A DNA stretch of 64,000 nucleotides, from positions 1 through 64,000 of the forward strand of contig JBKBYA010000004.1 of NCBI GenBank assembly GCA_046313635.1, in the 5' to 3' direction. Below the pieces are notes generated by a model. It searched no databases. It saw nothing but the letters and a program-made list of their open reading frames with translations, and was not told the DNA's origin. This stretch comes from Pyrinomonadaceae bacterium. Its GTDB lineage: Bacteria > Acidobacteriota > Blastocatellia > Pyrinomonadales > Pyrinomonadaceae. Below are positions 1 through 8,867 of the stretch, piece after piece; the first letter of the stretch is position 1; each line of letters opens with the position of its first letter. A program made the translations under genes and the position numbers.

Positions 1-252
1 GATCGCTGCGGGATCAAACCGCACTTGTCGATCCGCGATCTGCGGCGAACGTTCGGCACGCGGCTGCACGAGTCGGCCTTCGACGATACGACCGTCGCGC
101 AGCTGCTCGGACACTCGGACCTGAGATCGATCCACCGGTACAAAAGAGGGTCGAGGATCAAGCGGACGGCCGTCGATTCGCTGGTAGAGAATTCCGCGAG
201 TCCTGCCAAAATCCTACCAGCCGAGCAAATGAAAAAGGCCTCCAATGCATGA
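1..252 (+). CDS. Tyrosine recombinase/integrase, C-terminal part (5' end outside window)
   Basis: Frame open from base 1: ..[29 protein letters not shown].. matches the (H)xLR / LLGH / catalytic Y box II; ends beside a tRNA 3' end. Confidence 0.88.
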   Translation, partial: DRCGIKPHLSIRDLRRTFGTRLHESAFDDTTVAQLLGHSDLRSIHRYKRGSRIKRTAVDSLVENSASPAKILPAEQMKKASNA

Positions 253-260
253 AGGCCTTA
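232..260 (-). terminator. Probable intrinsic terminator downstream of tRNA-Ala
   Basis: AAGGCCT..AGGCCTT inverted repeat followed on the minus strand by a T run. Confidence 0.5.
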
Positions 261-267
261 TGTTTAT

Positions 268-343
268 TGGTGGAGCAGAGGGGGATCGAACCCCTGACCT
301 CAGCATTGCGAACGCTGCGCTCTCCCAGCTGAGCTACTGCCCC
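268..343 (-). tRNA. tRNA-Ala (anticodon CGC)
   Basis: Reverse complement GGGGCAGTAGCTCAGCTGGGAGAGCGCAGCGTTCGCAATGCTGAGGTCAGGGGTTCGATCCCCCTCTGCTCCACCA: 76 nt, cloverleaf, G3:U70, encoded CCA. Confidence 0.97.
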
Positions 344-352
344 GTGTGTGTT

Positions 353-473
353 AGTTCAAAGTTCAAAGTTCAAAGTTCAAGGTTCAAAATTGAACTCGAA
401 GTACCAGATTCTAAAATGTGTCCTTTGCAAATTCAACTTTGAACTTGGAACTTTGAACCTGGAACCCTGGATC
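353..473. repeat. Inverted pair of heptamer tandem arrays (AGTTCAA)n ... (TTGAACT)n
   Basis: About six units at 353-394 and six complementary units at 432-473. Confidence 0.9.
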
Positions 474-725
474 TTATTGCACGCCGGCCGGGAGCATCGA
501 GCCGCGCGGGTCCGAGGCGTATGCGTAGCCGTCCTCGATCTTGCCGATCAGGCCGTGAAAATTGATCTCGTCGCCCGCTACCACGACGACCACATCGCCG
601 GGGCTGTACAGCTTTTCGTCGATCGGGAAACGGATGACCGTCGCGTTGCCGTTGTCGTGCGAGACGGTCTCGTATTCAAAGGTGTCGGCGTTAAAGCTCA
701 ATGTCTGACAGAATGAAACTTCCAT
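474..725 (-). CDS. Small hypothetical protein
   Basis: 83-aa ORF, protein-like composition, co-oriented with upstream genes. Confidence 0.7.
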   Translation of the reverse strand: MEVSFCQTLSFNADTFEYETVSHDNGNATVIRFPIDEKLYSPGDVVVVVAGDEINFHGLIGKIEDGYAYASDPRGSMLPAGVQ

Positions 726-773
726 AGTTGTCGAGTGTCCTAATTTTGCGGGCCGATGGCAAGCTGTCGTGAA

Positions 774-1979
774 CTATTCGATCTCGAAGTCGACGGTGAT
801 CGGGTCGTGGTCTGAGAGCGGCCGGCCTTCGCGATCGTGGAGCTCGCCGACGGTATTCGGCGCGGTGCCGGCGGCAAGCCTGACGCCGCGGCCGGCAAAC
901 CAGTCGAGCCGTCCCGACACGCGCCCGCCGACGCGGCCTGCGGCCCAAAAGATGAAAGGGAAGCACCACTCGGGCACCCAATCGCGAAGGTTCGTATTCT
1001 TTTCGATGCTCTCGATGTGGTAGTGCAGCGTGCCGACGCCGGTCTCGTTATAGGGCTCGTACTCGTAGCCGCGCCGGACGAGATCGCCGAAGAGTCCGCG
1101 TTCGAAGTATCGTTCCGGGTGCGGCAAATGGCGCGTCGCGACATTCTTTGGGCCCATAAAGACGCGGCGCCAGTAGCCCATGATCGCGCGCGTCGCGCTC
1201 TGCGAGTTGAATGTCGTCGTATTCCAGTCGCCGCCGATGAGTGTCGGCAGCGGCGGCAGCGTGTCGAGATGATCGAGGATAAGGCGCATCTGCATCCGAC
1301 GGTGCGCCCGCGAGCAATGAGCGTCGAGATGCACGGTCACGGCGCGGAAAACACCGGCCGGGTGCTCGACGTCCGCAAAGAGCGCGCGGAGCGAGCCGAT
1401 ACGCTTCTCTTTGCCCCACATCTTGTCCTTGCCGTTCGGCAGAGGGATCGCGTGAATGTTCTTCAAAGGGAACCGCGAGAACATCGCAAGCCCGTGAAGC
1501 GAATTCGTATTCTCGCCCGGCACCTCTGCCTCTACGCCGCTGCCTTTTTGCAGCGCAATGTAAACGGGAGCGAATGCGTAATTCAGCCCCAGCCCGGCTG
1601 CGAGCTCGCGAGCGACAAAGCGGTTGCCGCTGCGGGCCATGCCGTCGTCGAGCTCGGTCAGCAGCAGCAGGTCGCGATCGCGAAGGCGTTCGTCCGTTTT
1701 GAGCGCCTCGAGGATGCCGTCAAAGCGGATGCCGCGTTCGAGATTCCATGCGAGAGCGGTGACGACGCCCGACCGTCGTGGTGCGGTGTCGCGCGGTGCA
1801 AATTCTTCGTAAACGACGGCGTTCAGTATCCGCTCGACCTCGGAGCGGATCTCGCGATAGACCGGCGCGGCCTCGAGCTCGGGCGTCGATCCGAATTTCA
1901 AAAGCTCGGGGAAATACTTTTTAAGGTCGTGCTCGAGAACGCGCGGCGACATTTCTGGCGTGACGGCTGGCGGCGTCAT
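774..1979 (-). CDS. Endonuclease/exonuclease/phosphatase family protein
   Basis: WNLERG, LLTELD, VHLDAH, IGGDWNT, LDW and SDHDPI motifs. Confidence 0.9.
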   Translation of the reverse strand: MTPPAVTPEMSPRVLEHDLKKYFPELLKFGSTPELEAAPVYREIRSEVERILNAVVYEEFAPRDTAPRRSGVVTALAWNLERGIRFDGILEALKTDERLRDRDLLLLTELDDGMARSGNRFVARELAAGLGLNYAFAPVYIALQKGSGVEAEVPGENTNSLHGLAMFSRFPLKNIHAIPLPNGKDKMWGKEKRIGSLRALFADVEHPAGVFRAVTVHLDAHCSRAHRRMQMRLILDHLDTLPPLPTLIGGDWNTTTFNSQSATRAIMGYWRRVFMGPKNVATRHLPHPERYFERGLFGDLVRRGYEYEPYNETGVGTLHYHIESIEKNTNLRDWVPEWCFPFIFWAAGRVGGRVSGRLDWFAGRGVRLAAGTAPNTVGELHDREGRPLSDHDPITVDFEIE

Positions 1980-2037
1980 AAAGATGTAGAGGATACGGAC
2001 TCGGAGCGGGAACTCAAGCCGCGGCCCGCGTCGCCTT

Positions 2038-3249
2038 TCACAGATCGTGTCTCTCCTTGACCGGCGCGACCTGCAAAAAGTCCTGGGTGATGCGTTCGGC
2101 GTAGGCGGCGAGGAGTGCGTCGATGCGGCCGCGCTCGGGCGAGCAGAATATCAGCCCGACGTGCTTCGGTTTTTTTATGCGATAGACGATCTCGGGGTCG
2201 TCGTAGTGGCTCGTATCGGGCTCGTCGACGCGGGCAAGAGCGAGGGCGATGCCGGCGTACTCCTTGCGCATCTTCGGCGGCCGATACGGGTTGTCGGCGG
2301 TCGCGGTCTCGAGCCGCGCCCATTCGCGCCAAAGATTAAAGCCCGATGCCTGCTCGTGAACGTTCGCGATGTACGCGCCGCCGACGCGGCACGCGACCTC
2401 GAGCATATAAAAACGGCCGTCCTCGGCCGACTGCAGAAACTCGGCGTGCGTCACCCCGAGCTTGAGATCGAACGCCTTGATGAGCTGCTTGTTCAGACGC
2501 TCGAGGGCCTTTCGTTCGGGGCATTTGTGATCGAGATTGGACGACGTAAAAACCCCGCCGTAATGTGAGACCTTGAATGGCGTCGTGCCGTAGCGGCTGA
2601 CGCCCGCGGCGGCGACCTTGCCGTTATGTACGACCGAATCGACGTGAAAAACGCTGCCCTCGATAAACCTCTCGATCAGGAACTGCGACGGATGGTCGCG
2701 CCACGTGCCGCGGCTGTCGAGGTCGGTGAGAACGTCCCAAACCTGCCCGGCGGTCTCGCACTTTCTGATGCCGAAGGCCGAGACCTCGTGACGCGGCTTG
2801 ACGATCCACGGCGCGGGCACGCGGTCGAGGAATTCGTTGATCTGCGCCTTGTTAAAGACGGGCGTGAATTCGGGACACGCGATCCCGGCCTGCGAGGCGA
2901 GATTGCGCATCGTCAGCTTGTCGCGAAAGCGCCGGACGTACGAGCTCGTCATCCCGTCGATCTGCAGGTGCTCGCGTGCGAGTGCGGCGGTGATGACGTC
3001 AAACTCGTCCAGCCCGACGATGCGATCGATGTTTCGCTCGCCTGACAGATTGGTGATCGCGCGAACGTAATCGACCGGCTGCGCGTCGTCATCGACGGTC
3101 TTGACCTCGTTGAGCGCGGTCCAGGCCCACGACTCGTCGAGGAGCTTTTTGCGCGTCACGAGCGTGACATGCCAGCCGTTATTCTGGGCCGCCTCGAGAA
3201 ACTCGTTTCCCTTATGCTCGCTCGCGATGCAGACGATGTGGTTCTTCAT
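2038..3249 (-). CDS. ATP-grasp domain protein
   Basis: FRDKLTMR, PWIVKP, FLIERFIEG, HAEFL, LEVACRVGG. Confidence 0.88.
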   Translation of the reverse strand: MKNHIVCIASEHKGNEFLEAAQNNGWHVTLVTRKKLLDESWAWTALNEVKTVDDDAQPVDYVRAITNLSGERNIDRIVGLDEFDVITAALAREHLQIDGMTSSYVRRFRDKLTMRNLASQAGIACPEFTPVFNKAQINEFLDRVPAPWIVKPRHEVSAFGIRKCETAGQVWDVLTDLDSRGTWRDHPSQFLIERFIEGSVFHVDSVVHNGKVAAAGVSRYGTTPFKVSHYGGVFTSSNLDHKCPERKALERLNKQLIKAFDLKLGVTHAEFLQSAEDGRFYMLEVACRVGGAYIANVHEQASGFNLWREWARLETATADNPYRPPKMRKEYAGIALALARVDEPDTSHYDDPEIVYRIKKPKHVGLIFCSPERGRIDALLAAYAERITQDFLQVAPVKERHDL

Positions 3250-3398
3250 TCAAACGTACTTCGGCGTCAGCGTTAGAAGGACTTTGCTAAAAGGATGCGG
3301 GTTTTCTTTTGAAATAAAACAATGGCACAATTTAGGCGTAAATTCAACGAGTTCGCCGCGGCCGAAAGGCCGTAAATCATTGTTCCCGAGAGGTAAAA

Positions 3399-4097
3399 AT
3401 GGGAGACGTCAACGTCGCCGATCTGCTTAGTCACCTGATCATCTACATGGTCGTCCTGCTGCTCGCCATCTCGGCGCACGAGGCCGGCCACGCGTGGATG
3501 TCTTACAAATACGGCGACGATACGGCGTACCTGCTCGGCCGTGTGACGCTCAATCCGGTCAGGCACACCGACCCGATCGGGACGCTGCTGATACCGATCC
3601 TCGGATTTGTTTTCGGCGCAATGGGCGGCAACTTTGCGCGGATACCGCTGATCGGCTGGGGCATCCCGACGCCGGTCAATCCACGCAAGTGGACCAACTA
3701 CAAAAGGGCGAACGTGATGGTCTCGATCGCCGGAATCGGAGCGAATCTCATCCTCGCGACGATCGCCTTTGTGATCATCAAGGTGCTGATCGAGACGCGG
3801 GCGCTCGAGGGCGTCGATATCGAGGGGGGCATCTTTTTTCCCGTGCTTTTGCTGCTGAATTACATGCTGACGCTCAACGTCTCGCTCGCGGTCTTTAACC
3901 TGCTCCCATTCCCGCCGCTCGACGGCAGCAAGGTTTTGTCGACATTCCTGCCGGCGAGCTGGCAGCCGGTGCTCGACCTTTTGGAGCAGTACGGATTTTT
4001 GCTTCTGCTTTTGCTTGTTTACTGGGGTGTGGTCGGGATCATCATCCGGCCGGTGTTTTACGTCATCGAGCAGATGCTTCGCACGCCCTGGTTCTAA
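3399..4097 (+). CDS. Site-2 protease (peptidase M50)
   Basis: HEAGH and FNLLPFPPLDG motifs, multiple TM segments. Confidence 0.93.
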   Translation: MGDVNVADLLSHLIIYMVVLLLAISAHEAGHAWMSYKYGDDTAYLLGRVTLNPVRHTDPIGTLLIPILGFVFGAMGGNFARIPLIGWGIPTPVNPRKWTNYKRANVMVSIAGIGANLILATIAFVIIKVLIETRALEGVDIEGGIFFPVLLLLNYMLTLNVSLAVFNLLPFPPLDGSKVLSTFLPASWQPVLDLLEQYGFLLLLLLVYWGVVGIIIRPVFYVIEQMLRTPWF

Positions 4098-4100
4098 TTT

Positions 4101-5078
4101 ATGAGAAAACGCATTTTCAGCGGTGCCCAGCCCACGGGCAATCTGCACATCGGAAACTATCTCGGAGCGCTCAAAAACTGGGTCGCTTTGCAGGACGATT
4201 ACGAGAGCTTTTTCTGCATCGTCAACCTGCACGCCATCACGCTGCCGCAAGACCCGCCGACGCTGCGGCAAAAAACGCTCGACCTCGCACGCATCTACCT
4301 CGCCGCGGGCGTCGACCCGGCGAAGGCGACCGTCTTTATCCAATCGGATGTCGCCGAGCACGCCGAGCTCACTTGGGTGCTCTCGTGTATCTCCCGGATG
4401 GGCGAGCTCGAGCGGATGACGCAGTTCAAGGACAAAGGTAAGGGCAATGCAGAAAGAGCAGGCGTTGGTCTATTTACTTACCCGATCCTGATGGCTTCCG
4501 ACATTCTGCTTTACCAGACCGATCTCGTGCCTGTCGGGCAGGACCAGAAGCAGCATCTCGAGCTGACGCGCGATCTGGCCGAGCGCTTCAATCGCGATTT
4601 CGGCGAGACCTTCAAAGTTCCTGAGCCGTACATCCCGCCCGTCGGAGCCAAGATCGCGTCGCTGCAGGACCCGCAGAAAAAGATGTCCAAGTCGGACGAG
4701 AACCTGAATGGCTCGATATTCCTGCTCGACGACGCCGACACGATCACAAAAAAGATCAAGCGTGCCGTGACCGATTCGGGAACCGAGATCAAATTCGACG
4801 AGTCGCGGCCGGCGATCACGAATTTGCTCACGATCTACCGGCTCGTGACCGGCAAGTCGGCCGAGGAGTGCGAGGCGCATTTCGAAGGCAAAGGCTACGG
4901 GCACTTTAAGACCGAATTGGCCGAGGCGGTAATTGAGTATCTGCGGCCGTTCCAGCAGAGGATCGGCGAATACGACGACGCGAGCCTTGAGACGATACTT
5001 CGCGCCGGGGCCGAAAGGGCACGAGGTATCGCGAGCCAGACGCTGCGCGACGTGTATCAAAAGATGGGACTTCGATAG
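4101..5078 (+). CDS. trpS: Tryptophan--tRNA ligase
   Basis: HIGN, VPVGQDQKQHLE, KMSKS. Confidence 0.97.
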   Translation: MRKRIFSGAQPTGNLHIGNYLGALKNWVALQDDYESFFCIVNLHAITLPQDPPTLRQKTLDLARIYLAAGVDPAKATVFIQSDVAEHAELTWVLSCISRMGELERMTQFKDKGKGNAERAGVGLFTYPILMASDILLYQTDLVPVGQDQKQHLELTRDLAERFNRDFGETFKVPEPYIPPVGAKIASLQDPQKKMSKSDENLNGSIFLLDDADTITKKIKRAVTDSGTEIKFDESRPAITNLLTIYRLVTGKSAEECEAHFEGKGYGHFKTELAEAVIEYLRPFQQRIGEYDDASLETILRAGAERARGIASQTLRDVYQKMGLR

Positions 5079-5085
5079 ATCATCG

Positions 5086-5157
5086 TTGCGTCCTTTGCGG
5101 TTTCGTTCTCTATTAACCGCAAAGAGCGCGAAGGCGAGACGCAAAGGACGCAAAGGA
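5086..5157. repeat. Inverted CTTTGCG / CGCAAAG short-unit repeat element
   Basis: TTGCGTCCTTTGCGGTT ... AACCGCAAAG ... ACGCAAAGGACGCAAAGG. Confidence 0.75.
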
Positions 5158-5165
5158 GGAGATCG

Positions 5166-5525
5166 ATGACAGACAAGATCACCGTTTACGAAAAACCGAC
5201 CTGAACGACCTGCCGCGATCTGGCCGCGCTGTTTCGTGAAAACGGCATCGATTACGACAAGGTCAATTACTTTATCGAGCCGCTCGACGAGCAGAGGCTG
5301 CGCGGGCTGCTGAAAAAGGCCGGACTGCGGCCGATCGACGCGATCCGAAAAAAGGAAGCCGTGTTCAAGGAGCTCGGCTTGTCCGACGACTCGACCGACG
5401 ACGAATTGATCAGGGCGATGGTCGAACACCCCGCGCTTCTGCAGCGGCCGATCGTCGAGGTCGGCGACCGGGCGGTGCTCGCGAGACCGGCGGAGAAGGC
5501 TTTGGAACTTATCGACAGGAAATAG
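5166..5525 (+). CDS. ArsC/Spx/YffB-family thioredoxin-fold protein with in-frame TGA (candidate selenoprotein, UxxC)
   Basis: AGGAGG RBS at 5154-5159; MTDKITVYEKPT-TGA(5202-5204)-TTCRDL...MVEHPALLQRPIV..IDRK-TAG; frame otherwise open for 119 codons. Confidence 0.85.
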
Positions 5526-5526
5526 A

Positions 5527-6027
5527 ATGAAGCTGATCGTCACAGCCGCGCTTACCGCGGCGATCGCCTCGGCGTCGTCGTGCGACCTTAGAAGCGAGAC
5601 CGCCAAACGCGAGATGGAAAAATTCTCCGGCTCGCCGACGCCGTCGATCTCAGCCACGCCGACGCCCGAGCCGATCGATCCGGCCGACGTCGTCGAGGTC
5701 GACACGACTCTCGACAGCGCCACGCTGAGCGTGAACGGCGACGCGCAAAAAGAGCGTCTGAACTGCGGTAAATTCGAGCGGGTGATGATCAACGGCAGCG
5801 GCAGCACCGTCCACATCACGGGAGCGTGCCGGCAGATAATGATCAACGGACGATCGAACCGCATTACGGCCGACGCCGCGACCGAATTCGTTTTTAACGG
5901 CTCGGAAAATGCGGTCAGCTATTCACGTTTTGTAAACGGACAGCGGCCCTTGATCACGCAGAACCAGCCCGGGAACACCGTCGAAAAGAAGACGTACGAG
6001 GGGCGGCCGAAGGGCAAAGCGAAATGA
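5527..6027 (+). CDS. Putative lipoprotein (DUF3060-like beta-rich domain)
   Basis: Signal peptide ending SSC, P/T linker, repeated VNG/ING-x-C strands. Confidence 0.7.
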   Translation: MKLIVTAALTAAIASASSCDLRSETAKREMEKFSGSPTPSISATPTPEPIDPADVVEVDTTLDSATLSVNGDAQKERLNCGKFERVMINGSGSTVHITGACRQIMINGRSNRITADAATEFVFNGSENAVSYSRFVNGQRPLITQNQPGNTVEKKTYEGRPKGKAK

Positions 6028-6425
6028 GCATCACCAACGGAAACGGACATGATCCCAAGCCGAAAAACGTTCTGGGCACGGAGCTGCAGATCTGCTGCAC
6101 TGCGCCGATGACAGGCTTTTATCGCGACGGCTACTGCCGTACCGGCATCGAGGACGCGGGCCGGCACACGGTCTGCATCGTCGCGACCGACGAGTTTCTC
6201 GAGTTTTCAAAACGCGCCGGCAACGACCTCTCGACGCCGCGGCCGGAGTATCGATTCCCGGGTCTCAAGGCGGGCGACCGCTGGTGCCTCGTCGCAGCAC
6301 GCTGGCGGCAGGCGCTCGAGCACGGAATGGCGCCGCGGGTCGTTCTAGAGGCGACGCACGAGGCGACGCTGCAGTTCGTCGAGCTCGAAGACCTGAAACG
6401 CCACGCGGTCGACGCCCCGGAATAA
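6024..6425 (+). CDS. DUF2237 family protein
   Basis: NVLG..PMTGFYRDGYC, GNDLSTPRPEY.FPGLK.GDRWC. Confidence 0.9.
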   Translation: MSITNGNGHDPKPKNVLGTELQICCTAPMTGFYRDGYCRTGIEDAGRHTVCIVATDEFLEFSKRAGNDLSTPRPEYRFPGLKAGDRWCLVAARWRQALEHGMAPRVVLEATHEATLQFVELEDLKRHAVDAPE

Positions 6426-6496
6426 TCGGTCTCCGGGCTTGAAAATTCGCCCGCCCGACTACATCATTTAGCATCGGCGGCGGATCCGACCACAAA

Positions 6497-7285
6497 ATGC
6501 AGGAAACGGCAGAAAATTACGAGTTCGACTTTTACAAGGCGGCGCCCGAGATCGTCGCGGAGAGTTCGGACGAACTGAATATCAAGATCGGCGAATTCGC
6601 CGGTCCGATGGACCTGCTGCTGTACCTGATCAAACGCGAGCAGGCAAACATCTTTGACATCCCGATCGCAAAGATCACCGACGAGTATCTTCGCTTTATC
6701 CGGCTGATGAAGCGGCTCGACATCGCGGTCGCGGCGGACTTTCTCGTGATGGCCGCGACGCTGATCGAGATCAAGTCAAAGATGCTCTTGCCGCGAGACC
6801 CGCTGGCAGACGGCGTGGACGGCGACGAGATCGAAGACCCGCGGCAGGAGCTCGTCGACCGGCTGCTCGAGTACGAGCAGTTCAAGTCGGCCGCTCAGAT
6901 GCTGTACGAGCGCTCGACCGTCGAGCAGGCCGTCTTTACTCGCGGCAAGATCGAGTCGGACGACAACAACGCCGAGATCTCGGCGACGGTCTTCGACATC
7001 CTGACGGTCTTTCAAAAGGTCGTCGCCCGGCGTGCCGGCGAGATCAAGATGGAGATCCAGCGCGAAGAGATCTCGCTCGCCGACATGATCAGAACTTTGA
7101 AGCGCAGAATTTTTGAAGAAAAGGAATTGAGCCTTCTGAGATTTTTTGAGGAGATGCATACGCGCCGCGAGCTCGTGACCGCCTTTGTCGCCGTGCTCGA
7201 GATCGTGCGGACCGAAGCCGTCAGACTGCTGCAGTCGCAGACCTTCGGCGACATAATCCTGAAAAGGTCAGAACCGTCTGCGTAA
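6497..7285 (+). CDS. scpA: Segregation and condensation protein A
   Basis: FAGPMDLLLYLI, FLVMAATLIEIKSKMLLP, DPRQELVDRLLEY. Confidence 0.95.
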   Translation: MQETAENYEFDFYKAAPEIVAESSDELNIKIGEFAGPMDLLLYLIKREQANIFDIPIAKITDEYLRFIRLMKRLDIAVAADFLVMAATLIEIKSKMLLPRDPLADGVDGDEIEDPRQELVDRLLEYEQFKSAAQMLYERSTVEQAVFTRGKIESDDNNAEISATVFDILTVFQKVVARRAGEIKMEIQREEISLADMIRTLKRRIFEEKELSLLRFFEEMHTRRELVTAFVAVLEIVRTEAVRLLQSQTFGDIILKRSEPSA

Positions 7286-7412
7286 GCGGACGGGCTCTTC
7301 GAATGCGGAATGCGGAATGCGGAGTGCGGAATGCGGAATGAGAAGGCACCCGTACATTCTGCTGAGGTCCGATCGGACGAACCGGCCCGCCGCCGGCGTA
7401 GCGGGTTCTGAC
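7267..7412. repeat. Inverted REP doublet (GTCAGAACC-hairpin family) enclosing a (GAATGCG)6 array
   Basis: GTCAGAACCGTCTGCGTAAGCGGACGGG at 7267-7294; inverted CCCGC..TAGCGGGTTCTGAC at 7386-7412; heptamers at 7301-7342. Confidence 0.8.
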
Positions 7413-7447
7413 CGCTGCGTGAGCAAACTCGTTATTCTCGAAAGCAA

Positions 7448-8104
7448 ATGATCCCCGAGACCGAACAAGAACCCACGAATGAAGAAACCGTCGATCCGAT
7501 CGACGAGAGCGTCGCTGCGGACGAGTCGGCCGACGACGCAGCCGCCGAGCCGATCGACGCCGCGCCCCGTCCCGCTCGTTCGCTTGCCGAACTCGTCGCC
7601 GTCGTCGAGGCGCTGATCTTCGTCGCCGACGAGCCGCTGAGCGTAAAGGTGCTCGCCGACATTCTCGACGAAGAAAAAGACAGCGTCGACGCCGCTCTCC
7701 GCGAGCTGCAGCAGGAATACGAAAATCGCGACAGCGGCCTCCAGGTCCGCGAGATCGCCGGCGGCTGGCAGATCGCGACGCGGACCGAGCTGCACGAAGA
7801 CATCCGAAGGTTCCTCAAGACCCGCCCGTCGGCCAAGCTCTCGATCGCCGCGCTCGAGACGCTCGCCGTCATCGCCTACAAACAGCCGGTCACCGTCCCC
7901 GAGATCCTCGAGATCCGCGGCGTGCAGTCCGCGTCAGCGATCAAGACGCTGCTCGAGAAACGCCTCATCGTCACCAAAGGCCACAAAGAGACCGTCGGCC
8001 GCCCGATGATGTACGGCACGTCAAAGGAGTTTCTAATTCAGTTCGGATTAAAAGACTTGTCCGAGCTGCCGTCGATCGAGGACTTCGAGGATCTCGCCGG
8101 CTGA
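7448..8104 (+). CDS. scpB: Segregation and condensation protein B
   Basis: VEALIFVADEPL, LETLAVIAYKQPVT, GRPMMYGTSKEFL. Confidence 0.96.
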   Translation: MIPETEQEPTNEETVDPIDESVAADESADDAAAEPIDAAPRPARSLAELVAVVEALIFVADEPLSVKVLADILDEEKDSVDAALRELQQEYENRDSGLQVREIAGGWQIATRTELHEDIRRFLKTRPSAKLSIAALETLAVIAYKQPVTVPEILEIRGVQSASAIKTLLEKRLIVTKGHKETVGRPMMYGTSKEFLIQFGLKDLSELPSIEDFEDLAG

Positions 8105-8125
8105 GACTTTGCTAACATCGACTTT

Positions 8126-8860
8126 ATGCAGGAGCGGCTTCAGAAGATCATCGCCCAGGCCGGCGTCGCTTCGCGGCGTGGGGCAGAGGAGCTTATTGCG
8201 GGCGGCGAGGTGACCGTGAACGGCAAGGTCGTGACCGAGCTCGGCACCAAGGCCGATCCTGAAAAAGATCACATCAAGGTCCGCGGCCGGCTGATCAACC
8301 CGCAGCTCGGCCGCCGCGAAAAGGTTTACATCCTGCTCAACAAACCGAAGGGCGTCCTCTCGAGCGCCGCCGACCCCGAAGGCCGTCCGCTCGTCACCGA
8401 CCTTGTCAAAGGTCACGGCCGGCTGCATCCGGTCGGGCGGCTCGACTTTAATTCGGAAGGGCTGATCATTCTCACAAACGACGGCGAATTCACTAATCTC
8501 GTCGCATCGTCAAAAACGATCCCGAAGGTTTACGAGGTAAAGGTCAAGGGCCTGCCGAACGACAACGCCGTCAACAAGCTCCGCCGCGGGATCCGTCTCG
8601 CGGACGGCTTTAAGACCGCGCCGGCAAAGATCCGGGAGCTCAGATCGACGCAGAACAACGGCTGGTTTGAAGTGACGCTCTATGAAGGTCACAATCAGCA
8701 GATCCGCAAGATGTTTGACGCGATCGGCCACTCGGTCGTCAAGCTCCGCCGCATCGCGATCGGGCCCGTAAAGGACGATCATCTGAAGCCGGGCTCGTAC
8801 CGCAAACTTACCGAAAAAGAGATCGCTTCCTTCAGCAGCGGACGGGCTGCGCGGCGATAG
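8126..8860 (+). CDS. rluB: rRNA pseudouridine synthase (RluB/RsuA family)
   Basis: S4 domain ERLQKIIAQAGVASRR; PVGRLDFNSEGL; follows scpAB. Confidence 0.9.
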   Translation: MQERLQKIIAQAGVASRRGAEELIAGGEVTVNGKVVTELGTKADPEKDHIKVRGRLINPQLGRREKVYILLNKPKGVLSSAADPEGRPLVTDLVKGHGRLHPVGRLDFNSEGLIILTNDGEFTNLVASSKTIPKVYEVKVKGLPNDNAVNKLRRGIRLADGFKTAPAKIRELRSTQNNGWFEVTLYEGHNQQIRKMFDAIGHSVVKLRRIAIGPVKDDHLKPGSYRKLTEKEIASFSSGRAARR

Positions 8861-8867
8861 CGACGGT

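Noticed and set aside
245..716. Plus-strand ORFs 245..442 and 348..716
   Set aside because: Antisense to the tRNA and the 474..725 gene, and run through heptamer repeats.
837..2060. 407-aa plus-strand ORF
   Set aside because: Antisense shadow of the EEP gene.
5202..5204. Genome-wide TGA reassignment
   Set aside because: TGA is an ordinary stop for many neighbouring genes (scpB, meaB, mce), so any recoding must be site-specific.
4470..5864. 464-aa minus-strand ORF covering the trpS-lipoprotein gap
   Set aside because: Shadow frame; the plus-strand ArsC-like frame with RBS and family motifs explains the gap.
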